From the NCBI GenBank assembly GCA_002503985.1, contig DASW01000009.1:68995-132994 (forward strand): 64,000 nucleotides of DNA, read 5' to 3'. This DNA comes from Thermoplasmata archaeon UBA61 (lineage in GTDB: Archaea; Thermoplasmatota; Thermoplasmata; Lutacidiplasmatales; UBA184). Shown here in pieces: positions 20,255 to 28,983 of the stretch; position 1 is the first letter of the stretch, and each line of letters starts with the position of its first letter. The notes beneath the pieces were generated by a model. The model had not been told where the DNA came from, ran no database searches, and saw only the letters and a program-made list of their open reading frames with translations. Position numbers and translations under genes: made by a program.

Positions 20255-21868
20255 CTACGACGAGGGACCCGCCGAAACGGCGGGCGCGGGCTCACCGACG
20301 AGCGGGGTGGGTGTGCCTTCCGCCGTGGACGGAGCCCCGAGCCGGGTCCCGTCGACGTGGAAGCGGAAGTTCCGTAGGCCGAGCGACAGGACGAGCCCGA
20401 CTAGGGCGATCACCGCGGTGATCGCGAAAAGCAGGACGAAGCCCGTGATGGACGGGACGCTCGCGGTGACGGGTCCGCGGGGGGTCACGGCGACGACGGC
20501 GGCGGCCGTGAAGGTCGCGGTGACCGCGGCCGCGAGAACGGGTCCGACCGCACTCCCGAGGTTCCGGAACGTCTGGTTCATCCCGGTCTGGATCCCGAGC
20601 TCCTTCGGGGATACGGAGAGCACGATGATGTTGGACATCGCGATGAGCACCGCGACGTTCCCGACGAGCGCCGGGATGGCGAATACCATCAGCTCGAGGA
20701 TCGAGGAGTGGAAGAGGGTCAGCCCGAGGGCGCCGAGGCCCATGACCGAGAAGCCGGCGATCATCACGGGCTTCGGTCCTTTCGCGGCGACCCAGCGTCC
20801 CCAGAGCGGAGCGAACGCCAGCATCCCGAGCGCCGAGGGGAGCGCGACCAACCCGAACTGGAACTCGGTGTATCCGAAGCCGGGCGAGATCGGGTCCTCG
20901 ACGAGGATCGTGAGGGTGACGAAGATGAGGAACATCCCCACGCCCACGATGACCCCGTTCACGTTCGAGATCCAGATGTTCCGCTCCTTGAGGGCCTGGA
21001 ACGAGACGACCGGCGTCGGGGCCCGCGGCTCCCAATAGAGGAAGAACGCGGTAGCGGCGAGGGCGAGGAGGAAGAACTCGGGAACCCCCCACGGAATGCC
21101 GGCGAACGTGACGGCCGAGAAGCTCGTCCAGCCCCAGTAGACACCCTCCGTAAGCCCGAACATCACCATCGCGAGCGCGATGCCGAGACTGCCGATGCCG
21201 GGGAGGTCGATCGGTTTCGGGGAGAGGTGCGGCGACTCATGGAGGTAGAAATACGCGAGGATCACGAGCAGAATCGCGATTGGGGTGACGGTGTGATAGG
21301 TGAGCTCCCAGCCGAATTGATACGCGATATAACCGCCGCCCACGAGCCCGAGCGCCGCGCCCGCGGCGAACATCCCCGAGACGATTCCCTGGGCCTGGCC
21401 GACCCGCGCGGCGGGGAAGACCTCGGGCAGCATCGCGAAGGCGAGCGGGAACATGCCCATCCCGAGTCCCTGGACCGCACGGACGCCGATCAGGAGGTAG
21501 ATCTGGTTCGCTCGGTCGACCCCGAACGCCGCCCCGATGTTGGGTGTGAACCCGGCGATGCTGACCACGACCGCATAGAGCGCCATCACGATGAGGAGCA
21601 TCCGCTTCTTGCCGTACTTGTCCCCGAGCTTGCCGAAGACCGGGGTCGCGACCGTCCCGACGAGCAGGTAGGCCGAAATGATCCAGACGACCGTTGTGGT
21701 CGGCGCGTTGTCAAAGAACGTTCGGAACGCCGAGAACGCGGGCAGGACCATCGTCTCGACGTACGTGACCATGAGCGCCATCACCGCGAGGACGATGATG
21801 GCCCCCCGCGCCGCGTGCGGGTTGTAGGGCGTGCCGGCCGCCGTCAGGTCCCGCTCGGAAGCGTTCAC
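20255..21868 (-). CDS. MFS transporter (14-TMS drug:H+ antiporter-like)
   Basis: 537 aa, hydrophobic throughout. It carries the MFS motif FGKLGDKYGKKRML after TM2. It overlaps the upstream MarR gene by 4 nt. Confidence 0.8.
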   Translation of the reverse strand: MNASERDLTAAGTPYNPHAARGAIIVLAVMALMVTYVETMVLPAFSAFRTFFDNAPTTTVVWIISAYLLVGTVATPVFGKLGDKYGKKRMLLIVMALYAVVVSIAGFTPNIGAAFGVDRANQIYLLIGVRAVQGLGMGMFPLAFAMLPEVFPAARVGQAQGIVSGMFAAGAALGLVGGGYIAYQFGWELTYHTVTPIAILLVILAYFYLHESPHLSPKPIDLPGIGSLGIALAMVMFGLTEGVYWGWTSFSAVTFAGIPWGVPEFFLLALAATAFFLYWEPRAPTPVVSFQALKERNIWISNVNGVIVGVGMFLIFVTLTILVEDPISPGFGYTEFQFGLVALPSALGMLAFAPLWGRWVAAKGPKPVMIAGFSVMGLGALGLTLFHSSILELMVFAIPALVGNVAVLIAMSNIIVLSVSPKELGIQTGMNQTFRNLGSAVGPVLAAAVTATFTAAAVVAVTPRGPVTASVPSITGFVLLFAITAVIALVGLVLSLGLRNFRFHVDGTRLGAPSTAEGTPTPLVGEPAPAVSAGPSS

Positions 21869-22353
21869 GTGCCCTCCGGTCGGAGGGTGCCGCTTCGGCT
21901 GAGACGGTGAGTGACCGCGGTGAAGACACGCACGGAGGCCGCGACGTCGGTTTCGGGTAACCCGCGGGCGGCCTCGGCCATGACCCCCGCGATCTCGCTC
22001 CAGATGCGGGCCTCGACCTTCCGCCCCCGTGGCGTGAGTGAGAGCTCGACCGCGCGCCGGTCACGTTCGGAGCGGTGGCGTCGCACGAGGCCCGCATCCT
22101 CGAGCTGGTCGATGTTCCCGCAGACCGTCGGAGCGGACACCCCGAGGTATCGGGCGACCGTGCTGACCGACGCGCCCTGGAGGCTCGAGACGGTGTGAAT
22201 GGCCCAGAACTGCCCCATCGTGATCCCCTCCTTCGTAAGGGTCGGGTGAAGTTCTCGCAAAGACGCGCGCAAAACCTCGTGGAAGAGGTCGATGAGCCGA
22301 ACGACGTCGTTCGATTCGGATCGGCGCTCGAGGGGCGGGGTCACTACCACCAT
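21865..22353 (-). CDS. MarR-family transcriptional regulator
   Basis: 162 aa: GQFWAIHTVSSLQGASVSTVARYLGVSAPTVCGNIDQLEDAGLVRRHRSERDRRAVELSLTPRGRK is the MarR winged-helix core. Confidence 0.85.
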   Translation of the reverse strand: MVVVTPPLERRSESNDVVRLIDLFHEVLRASLRELHPTLTKEGITMGQFWAIHTVSSLQGASVSTVARYLGVSAPTVCGNIDQLEDAGLVRRHRSERDRRAVELSLTPRGRKVEARIWSEIAGVMAEAARGLPETDVAASVRVFTAVTHRLSRSGTLRPEGT

Positions 22354-22357
22354 GAGG

Positions 22358-22392
22358 TTTCCTAACTATTCGATATCCGAATAATTAGGAAA
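22358..22392. promoter_or_regulatory. 15-bp-arm inverted repeat, candidate MarR operator, next to a TATA-like element
   Basis: TTTCCTAACTATTCG-ATATC-CGAATAATTAGGAAA has one mismatch in 15. It begins 5 nt upstream of the marR ATG. ATATAA (22393-22398; TTATAT on the minus strand) follows on the distal side. Confidence 0.55.
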
Positions 22393-22409
22393 TATAAGCA
22401 TTTCGCGGC

Positions 22410-22817
22410 CTATGCGAGAGCGTAGCGCGCGAGCTCGACAAGGTCGTCGAGCCCCGGGCGCGAGTCCTCCGGGACCCTCGCGCCTCCCCACGCCGCGACG
22501 ATCGCCCCCGAGGGAAAGGCAGGGCTCCGACCGGCTTCCTGCGCGCCGAGCGCGGTCGGCGACCCACGCCGGTCGATCTCGAGGAGGAGCACGAGGGCCC
22601 CCAGGGGCCCGGAGTCGACCGTTATGCGGACGGCCGTTCCCTGGCCCCACTCCTCGACCCGCGCCTCCTCGTCGTGGAGGTGGGCGATGCGGGCTCGGGG
22701 CCTCGCGGGTCTCTTCGCTCCCGACGGCGCGCCTCGCCAGGCGATCTTCTGTCCGGCCGCGCGGTACCGCATTAGGAGGCCGGGGTCGATGGGGAGGGGG
22801 ACGTTCCGTTCGCTCAC
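22410..22817 (-). CDS. hypothetical protein
   Basis: Frame of ORF 22410..22904. Start taken at GTG 22815-22817, which forms a GTGA overlap with the stop of the upstream TIGR02757-like gene. I recognise no family. Confidence 0.45.
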   Translation of the reverse strand: MSERNVPLPIDPGLLMRYRAAGQKIAWRGAPSGAKRPARPRARIAHLHDEEARVEEWGQGTAVRITVDSGPLGALVLLLEIDRRGSPTALGAQEAGRSPAFPSGAIVAAWGGARVPEDSRPGLDDLVELARYALA

Positions 22818-23788
22818 GTCGTCACCGTCCGACCTCGCCACAGGCGGCAATCGGGTCGCACCGAGCAGGGGCCGCAGACCGCAATGTCCCGTTCCTTCGG
22901 ACAATCCCCGGAGATCCCGGTGTGACAGAGAACGAAATCGTACTTGACCGGGTCCAGAGGGTCGACCCGGCGCAAGGCTTCACTGACCTCCTCCACGGCC
23001 GCCCAGGAACGCGTGCGTCGGCCCGTGAGGCCGAGGTGGTAGGCGATCCAGTGCACGTGCTGGTCGAGCGGTATCCGAAGCTCCCCGGTCGGCACACGAC
23101 GCCAGACGCCCAGGTCCGGATAGCGGTCGCGGACCATCCAGCGAACGAACAGCGTGAGCCTCTTGCACGGACTTGCCGCCGTGTCGCGAGGGCTTGGGAA
23201 GAGCGCTCGGTACCCCCGAGGGGGAGGACCCAGGCGTCCCCGCAACGCATCGGCCCGAAGAACGCGGGAGAGCTCGTCCAGCCCGCCCGCGAAGCCGCCG
23301 TCCGTGAATCCTTCGACGAAGGCCGACTCGAGGGACGGACGGTGACGGTAGTAGGTCTCGAGGACCCGCGCCAGGTAGTCGAGCTGGTCCCCCCGGATCC
23401 ACCGATGGCGGAAGGAGGCCAAGCGTCGGGCCCGCTCCCGCGCGTGGCCCGGGGAGACGAGCCACGCAACGTCCCCGTCGGCGAGACCGGCGAGGCGGGC
23501 GACCGCGCCTCGGATCGCGGTCGTGTTGCCGATGGCGAGGGTGGATGCGAAGACCCCCGCCACCTCCGCGTGTCGAAGGTCCACTGCCAGCGGTCGGACC
23601 AGGGAGATCGGGTCGTCCGCGAGCGACCGGTCGAACGGGAACCGGGCGTAGAGCTCCTCGAGATGGCGGGGGAACTCCGCGCTCGGACGATAGGCTCGCA
23701 CAGGCTGGCGGGACCCGCGCCCGGCATTTACCGTTCGCGTCCGAGAGGAGGGAACCACACCCCTAACTAGTCCGAACGGATAGGGCAC
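22814..23788 (-). CDS. TIGR02757/DUF2400-family protein (HhH-GPD-like with an Fe-S cluster loop)
   Basis: 324 aa: FVRWMVRDRYPDLGVW...IPLDQHVHWIAYHLGLT...DPVKYDFVLCHTGISGDCPKERDIAVCGPCSVRPDC. The last four Cys are spaced C-X8-C-X2-C-X5-C, as in EndoIII-type cluster loops. Confidence 0.65.
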   Translation of the reverse strand: MPYPFGLVRGVVPSSRTRTVNAGRGSRQPVRAYRPSAEFPRHLEELYARFPFDRSLADDPISLVRPLAVDLRHAEVAGVFASTLAIGNTTAIRGAVARLAGLADGDVAWLVSPGHARERARRLASFRHRWIRGDQLDYLARVLETYYRHRPSLESAFVEGFTDGGFAGGLDELSRVLRADALRGRLGPPPRGYRALFPSPRDTAASPCKRLTLFVRWMVRDRYPDLGVWRRVPTGELRIPLDQHVHWIAYHLGLTGRRTRSWAAVEEVSEALRRVDPLDPVKYDFVLCHTGISGDCPKERDIAVCGPCSVRPDCRLWRGRTVTT

Positions 23789-23801
23789 CGGGAGCTGTCC
23801 G

Positions 23802-24593
23802 ATGGAGCTCCGACCGACGATCGACCGGGAGTGGCTCGAACGCGCAGCCCTCCGGGACCCCTTTAACCACGCTTACGGCCGATGGGACCTCGACCACACG
23901 CCGAACCGGGTCCGCTTCGTCTCCGCGCTCGACGGGGACCAAACGGTCGGCTACTTGCTCATCTGGCTAGGGCATCCCACCCGTACCGTCGTTCACTGGG
24001 TCGGGGCCGACCCCCGCGCCCAGGGCCTCGTCGATGCCCTCCCTTCGCGACCCCTCGTGGCGATCGTCCCCGAGATGTTCCAGAACGTGGTGGTCGCCGC
24101 CCGGGGCCCCGCGCGGCCGTACACTCTCCTGCTGCTCGCGAACGAACCGGCCGAGAAGCCGAGGGTGAACTCAAACCCTCCCCCCTCGGCCGAGGTCCGC
24201 CGCCTCGAGCGCTCGGACCTTTCGGAACTGGTCGCGTTCGCGGGGCGACAGTCCGACCCCGTGGCCGCCGAGTACCCCACCCTCGACCCCGGAGAGGAGT
24301 GGATCTGGGGAGCGTTCGACCATGGGAAGATTCTCGGCGCGGTCCGTGCCGCCGTTCGCCTGAAGGACGTATGGCTCGTCGGCGGTGTGTTCGTCGACCC
24401 GGGCGTCCGGGGTCGTGGGGTCGGACGGGTGCTAGTCGAGGCGGCTCTCGCGAGCGCGCGCGAGGCTCGGGCGAGGGTCGGCCTCTACGTTCGAGAGGAC
24501 CGTCTCGAGGCCCGTCGCCTCTACGAGCAATTGGGGTTCCGCCCCGTCGGGCGGCGCACATGGCTCGACCTCGGGGCCGATTTCTCCCCGTGA
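23802..24593 (+). CDS. GNAT-family N-acetyltransferase
   Basis: The C-terminal half has the acetyl-CoA motif VFVDPGVRGRGVGRVLVEAALASAR...RLYEQLGFRP. Confidence 0.7.
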   Translation: MELRPTIDREWLERAALRDPFNHAYGRWDLDHTPNRVRFVSALDGDQTVGYLLIWLGHPTRTVVHWVGADPRAQGLVDALPSRPLVAIVPEMFQNVVVAARGPARPYTLLLLANEPAEKPRVNSNPPPSAEVRRLERSDLSELVAFAGRQSDPVAAEYPTLDPGEEWIWGAFDHGKILGAVRAAVRLKDVWLVGGVFVDPGVRGRGVGRVLVEAALASAREARARVGLYVREDRLEARRLYEQLGFRPVGRRTWLDLGADFSP

Positions 24594-24648
24594 AGAGCCC
24601 GAAGCCGGTGCCGAACGGTCGAGCGGAAGCGTGCCCCCCGGAGCGGCG

Positions 24649-26370
24649 ATGACCTCCAATGCGGACGCGGCGGAGGTCTTTCGGACGGTCGCCGACCTCC
24701 TCGACCTTCTCGGCGAGAAGTTCAAGCCCGAGGCGTATCGACGCGCCGCACGGTCGATCGAAAGCCTGACCGAGGACCTGGGCGCGGTCGCCGCCCGCCA
24801 CGAGCTCCGTTCCATCCCCGGTGTCGGGGAAGCGATCGCGGAGAAGATCGAGGAGTACCTTCGAACCGGGTCCATTTCCTACTACGAGCGGTTGAAACGC
24901 GAGATCCCGCCCGGACTGGTCGAGCTGATGCGACTCCCCGGGCTCGGCCCGAAGACCGCACGCCGCTTCTGGGTCGAGCTCGGCGTCGAAGGGCCGAACG
25001 AGCTCCGGGACGCGATCGCCGCGGGACGGCTCGTCGGAGTGAAGGGCTTCGGGGAGAAGAAGATCGAGCAACTCCGGTCGGCCCTTCGGGCCGCGGTGGC
25101 CGGGCCTGTACTCGCCCGACGCGCCATCGAGGAGGTCTACCCGGTCGCTTCCGCTCTCGTGCACGCGCTCCGGGAGGGCGCCACCGCGGACCGGGTCGAG
25201 GTCGCCGGCAGCTTCCGTCGGGCCCGCGACACGGTCGGCGACCTGGACATCCTGGTCACGTCGAAGGACCCGGGGAAGGTGTTCGAGGCGTTCACGGCGC
25301 ACCCCCTCGTCGCCGAGGTGAAGATGCGGGGCGAGACGAAGGAGACAGTATTGCTCACGGGGGGGCTCCAGGTGGACCTGCGCGTCGTGAAGCCCGAGGA
25401 GTTCGGGGCCGCGTTGCAGTATTTCACGGGCTCGAAGGACCACAACGTCCGCCTCCGTTCGCTCGCGCGGGACCGGGGGCTCAAGGTCAACGAGTACGGG
25501 GTCTTCCGGGGCGAGGAACGCATCGCCGGGGCCACCGAGGAGGAGGTCTACGCGTCCCTCGGCCTCGCCTGGATCCCGCCCGAGCTACGGGAGGACCGAG
25601 GCGAGATCGAGGTGGCGGCGCGGGGGAAGGTGCCGCGGCTCGTCTCCGAGAGCGACCTCCGGGGGGACCTGCACACGCACCTTGCACCCGACGCGAACGC
25701 CGACGCGGTGGACCGGATCGTTGCCGACGCCCATGCCCATCACTTCGACTACGTCGGGGTCGTGGTGGGCGGGGTCCGGGCGGACGGCACCGTCTGGCTT
25801 CTTCCGGACGCGACGCGCGCTCGGCTCACGGAACTCCGACCGGTCGGCTTACGGGTCGCGTGCGCGGTCGAAACCGGGGTCGGCCCGATGCCGAAGGAGC
25901 TCGAGTCGACCCCGTTCGACTATCGTATCGTGCGACCGACCTCGACACCCTCCGAGGAAATCGGGCCCCGGGGAAGCGCCCGCTCGCCAACCCTCGTCGC
26001 CCACGTGGGCTCCTCCGTCGTGTCGGACGCGGCGGCTCTCGCGCGGTGGGTCGGGGAGGCACGGCGGGCCGCGGCCGCGATCGAGGTCGGCCCGGGTCCT
26101 GAGCGTCTCGACTCGACCGCCGGACGGCAGGCCCGCGAGGCGGGGGTCGCGGTTCACGTGCCGACCGGTCTGGGAGCGGCCGCGGACGACCCGACACGGC
26201 TCGTCGCCCTCGGGTTCGCCCGGCGTGCCGGCGCGGCTCCGGACGCGGTGGTCAACGCCGGCCCGCTCGGAACGGTCAGTGCCACAGGGTCCGGGTCGAC
26301 CCCGGAGCGGAGAGGGATGTCGAGCGGCCCCCCGAGATCGCGGTCCGGGAGGAGGCGCCCGTCATCATGA
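24649..26370 (+). CDS. polX: family X DNA polymerase with C-terminal PHP domain
   Basis: ORF 24631..26370. AEVFRTVADLLDLLGEKFKPEAYRRAARSIESL, HhH motifs (IPGVGEAIAEKI, LPGLGPKTARRF), the catalytic region GSFRRARDTVGDLDILV, KVNEYGVF, then DLHTHL starting the PHP domain. Confidence 0.85.
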   Translation: MTSNADAAEVFRTVADLLDLLGEKFKPEAYRRAARSIESLTEDLGAVAARHELRSIPGVGEAIAEKIEEYLRTGSISYYERLKREIPPGLVELMRLPGLGPKTARRFWVELGVEGPNELRDAIAAGRLVGVKGFGEKKIEQLRSALRAAVAGPVLARRAIEEVYPVASALVHALREGATADRVEVAGSFRRARDTVGDLDILVTSKDPGKVFEAFTAHPLVAEVKMRGETKETVLLTGGLQVDLRVVKPEEFGAALQYFTGSKDHNVRLRSLARDRGLKVNEYGVFRGEERIAGATEEEVYASLGLAWIPPELREDRGEIEVAARGKVPRLVSESDLRGDLHTHLAPDANADAVDRIVADAHAHHFDYVGVVVGGVRADGTVWLLPDATRARLTELRPVGLRVACAVETGVGPMPKELESTPFDYRIVRPTSTPSEEIGPRGSARSPTLVAHVGSSVVSDAAALARWVGEARRAAAAIEVGPGPERLDSTAGRQAREAGVAVHVPTGLGAAADDPTRLVALGFARRAGAAPDAVVNAGPLGTVSATGSGSTPERRGMSSGPPRSRSGRRRPSS

Positions 26371-26518
26371 GGCAGCTTGTGCACCGATGCGCCGTGGGCG
26401 TCAGCCCGTGCCGCCAGTAGCAATCGGTGCAAAGGGGACGGCCGCACCCCCAGCAACGGGGAGGGACGGACGACGCCCCGATCGGAGCGGCACAGCTCGA
26501 GCAGGCCCGAGCTCCCAC
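26276..26518 (-). CDS. possible small Cys-rich (4x CxxC) zinc-finger protein; weakly supported
   Basis: Part of ORF 26276..26716, GTG at 26516-26518. VGARACSSCAAPIGASSVPPRCWGCGRPLCTDCYWRHGLTPTAHRCTSC... gives CxxC-X13-CxxC-X4-CxxC-X13-CxxC. GC3 over about 54 codons counted by hand is about 80 %. It overlaps the polX 3' end by 95 nt. Confidence 0.3.
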   Translation of the reverse strand: MGARACSSCAAPIGASSVPPRCWGCGRPLCTDCYWRHGLTPTAHRCTSCLMMTGASSRTAISGGRSTSLSAPGSTRTLWH

Positions 26519-26706
26519 GAGAGGATTCGTTCGGAGCGCCGGTGGCTCGGGCCAGCGACGCGAGGGTGAGGCCGGCGCCGGTGGCGGGGGCCGGGCGAGG
26601 TTCGACGGGGCGGTACGCCGGGGGGAATGCTCGTTCACCGACCCCAGGGAGGAGGTGTCCCCCTTTTTATGCCTAGGTCCAACGGGAAAAGGGTTCCGTT
26701 GGAGGG

Positions 26707-27108
26707 TTGGGTTCATCTAGGACCGACCGACCCCTCGATAACGTGTCCGGCGCCCGGGCCTATCGATCCGCCTACCGCCGCCCCACCAACCCTCCGCCGA
26801 ACCGGGCCGCAGAGGCCGAGACGAAGCGCTCCCACGCCGCGATCCCGGTCGCGATCGTGCTCGTCGTGCTGGGCCTCTACCTGAGCCGATTCACCGTCCT
26901 GCTCACCGCCCTGTTGGGCCTCGTCCTGCTCTTCTCGGGGACGTCGTTCCTATCGACCCGGCTGAACCCGCTCAGTCCGCACTTCTACCTCACGCGCAAG
27001 CCGTCCTGGCTTGCGATCGCGGTCGTCTTCCTTTCGGCCCTTGGACTCTTCGCGGCGGCCTTCGAGCTCTACGTGCACGGGTTCGCGCCGATCGTCCCGC
27101 GGTTCTAA
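26707..27108 (+). CDS. small membrane protein (3 predicted TM), unknown function
   Basis: 133 aa, TTG start in the track. There are three clear hydrophobic helices after a basic N-terminus. Confidence 0.45.
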   Translation: MGSSRTDRPLDNVSGARAYRSAYRRPTNPPPNRAAEAETKRSHAAIPVAIVLVVLGLYLSRFTVLLTALLGLVLLFSGTSFLSTRLNPLSPHFYLTRKPSWLAIAVVFLSALGLFAAAFELYVHGFAPIVPRF

Positions 27109-27117
27109 AGCGAGCGT

Positions 27118-28023
27118 TCAGGCCGCGACCATCCGCTCGAGAGCGATGCGGGCCTTCGCCGCCGTCTCGCTCGGGACCTCGATACGGTATCGGTCGAGAG
27201 CGAGGGAGTCGCGGACGTCCTCGAGCGAGATCTCCTTCATGTAGGGGCAGATCGCGCCCGCGTCGATCGGGGTGAACCGGGTCGTCGCGTTCAGCTTCGA
27301 CATGCGGTGAAGGATCCCCACCTCCGTCGCTACGAGCACTTCGGGCGCGTGCGTCTCTTCCGCGAACCGCACCATCCCGTCCGTCGAGAGGATCTGGTCG
27401 ACGTGCCCCATCGCCTGGGTCGCGCACCCGCACTCCGGGTGGGCGATCACCGGCGCGTTCGGGTGGTCGGCCCGGGCGCGGGCCAGGTCCTCGGGACGAA
27501 GCTTCGCGTGGACGGGGCAATCCCCGACCCACAGGTGCATCGCCCGGCCGGTCCGCCGACGCACGTAATCCCCGAGGAACATGTCGGGCAGGAAGAGTAT
27601 CTCCCGGCCCGGAGGGACCTGCTGGACGACCTTCACCGCGTTCGAGCTCGTGCAGCAGATGTCGGCCTCGGCTTTGACGTCGGCCGAGGTGTTGATGTAC
27701 GCCACCACCACCGCGCCCGGGTGGGCCTGCTTCCACGTCCGAAGCTGCTCCGCGGTGATCGAGTCCGCGAGACCGCAGCCGGCCTTCAGGTCGGGGAGCA
27801 GCACGGTTCGGCTCGGGTTCAGGATCTTGGCGGTCTCGGCCATGAACCGTACCCCGGCGAACACGATGACCGAGCGGTCGGACTCCATCGCCTTCCGGGA
27901 TAGGTAGAGCGAGTCGCCGACGAAGTCCGCGATGTCCTGGACCTCCGGACGCTGGTAGTTGTGCGCGAGCAACACCGCGTTCCGCGCCTCCTTGAGGCGG
28001 AGAATCTCTTCGGCAAGACTCAT
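27118..28023 (-). CDS. nadA: quinolinate synthase
   Basis: 301 aa: ILRLKEARNAVLLAHNYQRPEVQDIADFVGDSL...FMAETAKILNP...CCTSSNA... is the NadA pattern. Confidence 0.9.
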   Translation of the reverse strand: MSLAEEILRLKEARNAVLLAHNYQRPEVQDIADFVGDSLYLSRKAMESDRSVIVFAGVRFMAETAKILNPSRTVLLPDLKAGCGLADSITAEQLRTWKQAHPGAVVVAYINTSADVKAEADICCTSSNAVKVVQQVPPGREILFLPDMFLGDYVRRRTGRAMHLWVGDCPVHAKLRPEDLARARADHPNAPVIAHPECGCATQAMGHVDQILSTDGMVRFAEETHAPEVLVATEVGILHRMSKLNATTRFTPIDAGAICPYMKEISLEDVRDSLALDRYRIEVPSETAAKARIALERMVAA

Positions 28024-28038
28024 CGACGTTCGCGATTT

Positions 28039-28983
28039 CTAGGCCGCGCGGTGTCTTAAGCGAGGGGTGGGGCGCAGGATGAGATGGAACGGGAGGGCCG
28101 GCGCCGAGTGGGTGAGCCCGCCCAGGCTCACCGCGTCCGCACCCACCGACCGGTAGAGGGGGACCCGCTCGGGTGTGATCCCGCCCGAGAGCTCGACCCA
28201 GCGCCCGCGTCGCAGGTCCTCGCGCTCGAGCCTCTGGACGATCCCGCGGGCCCGCTGGGGGGAGACGTTGTCGATGAGGAGCGCGTCCGCGCCCGCGCGC
28301 GCCGCCGTCACCGCCTGGGCGGCGGTCCGTACCTCCACCTCGACCGGTTCGTCGCTCCGCGCCCGGGCGCGCGCCCGAGCCACCGCGTTCGGGAGCGAAA
28401 GGAGGGCGAGATGGTTGTTCTTAATGAGCACGGCGTCCGAGAGGTCCCGCCGGTGCGGGTGTCCGCCCCCGTGCACGACCGCCGCCTTCTCGAGGTCGCG
28501 AAGGCCGGGCAACGTCTTCCGTGTAGCCCACACCTCGAGGGGACGTCGGGCCCCGCGTGCCCCCAGTACGGCTCGGTGGGTCTCGGTCGCGACCCCGCTC
28601 GCGTGCATGAGGAAGTTGAGGATCGTGCGCTCGGCCGCCAGGATCCGTCGCGCGTCCCCTCGGAGTCGCAGGACGACGGTGCCCGGACGGACCGCCGAAC
28701 CGTCCCTCCGGGCCGTGACGACCGTTAGGCCTTGCGCCCGCGCGGTCGCCCGCGCGGCCGCCATCCCGGATAGGACACCATAGCCTTGCGCGACCACGCG
28801 GGCCTCCGCCGGAATCGAACGGACGAGGAGCAGTCGGGTCGTGCGGTCCCGGGACGCACGGTCCTCCCGAAGGGCGCTACGGGCTAGCCCCTCGAGATGG
28901 GCCGCGGAGATCTCACGGGACGTCGGCGTCGCCCTCCCTAGCGACGAGCGCGTTCCGCAGGCGGTCGAAGTCCTCGGTGACAT
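28039..28983 (-). CDS. nadC: nicotinate-nucleotide pyrophosphorylase (quinolinate phosphoribosyltransferase)
   Basis: Frame of ORF 28039..29061: ALREDRASRDRTT, GVLSGM, RTILNFLMHASGVAT, TRKTLPGLRDLEKAAVVHGGGHPHR, IKNNH, VEVEV, LLIDN. The only in-frame start after 29061 and upstream of the conserved N-terminus is ATG 28983. That start gives a 71-nt overlap with the upstream gene. Confidence 0.85.
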   Translation of the reverse strand: MSPRTSTACGTRSSLGRATPTSREISAAHLEGLARSALREDRASRDRTTRLLLVRSIPAEARVVAQGYGVLSGMAAARATARAQGLTVVTARRDGSAVRPGTVVLRLRGDARRILAAERTILNFLMHASGVATETHRAVLGARGARRPLEVWATRKTLPGLRDLEKAAVVHGGGHPHRRDLSDAVLIKNNHLALLSLPNAVARARARARSDEPVEVEVRTAAQAVTAARAGADALLIDNVSPQRARGIVQRLEREDLRRGRWVELSGGITPERVPLYRSVGADAVSLGGLTHSAPALPFHLILRPTPRLRHRAA

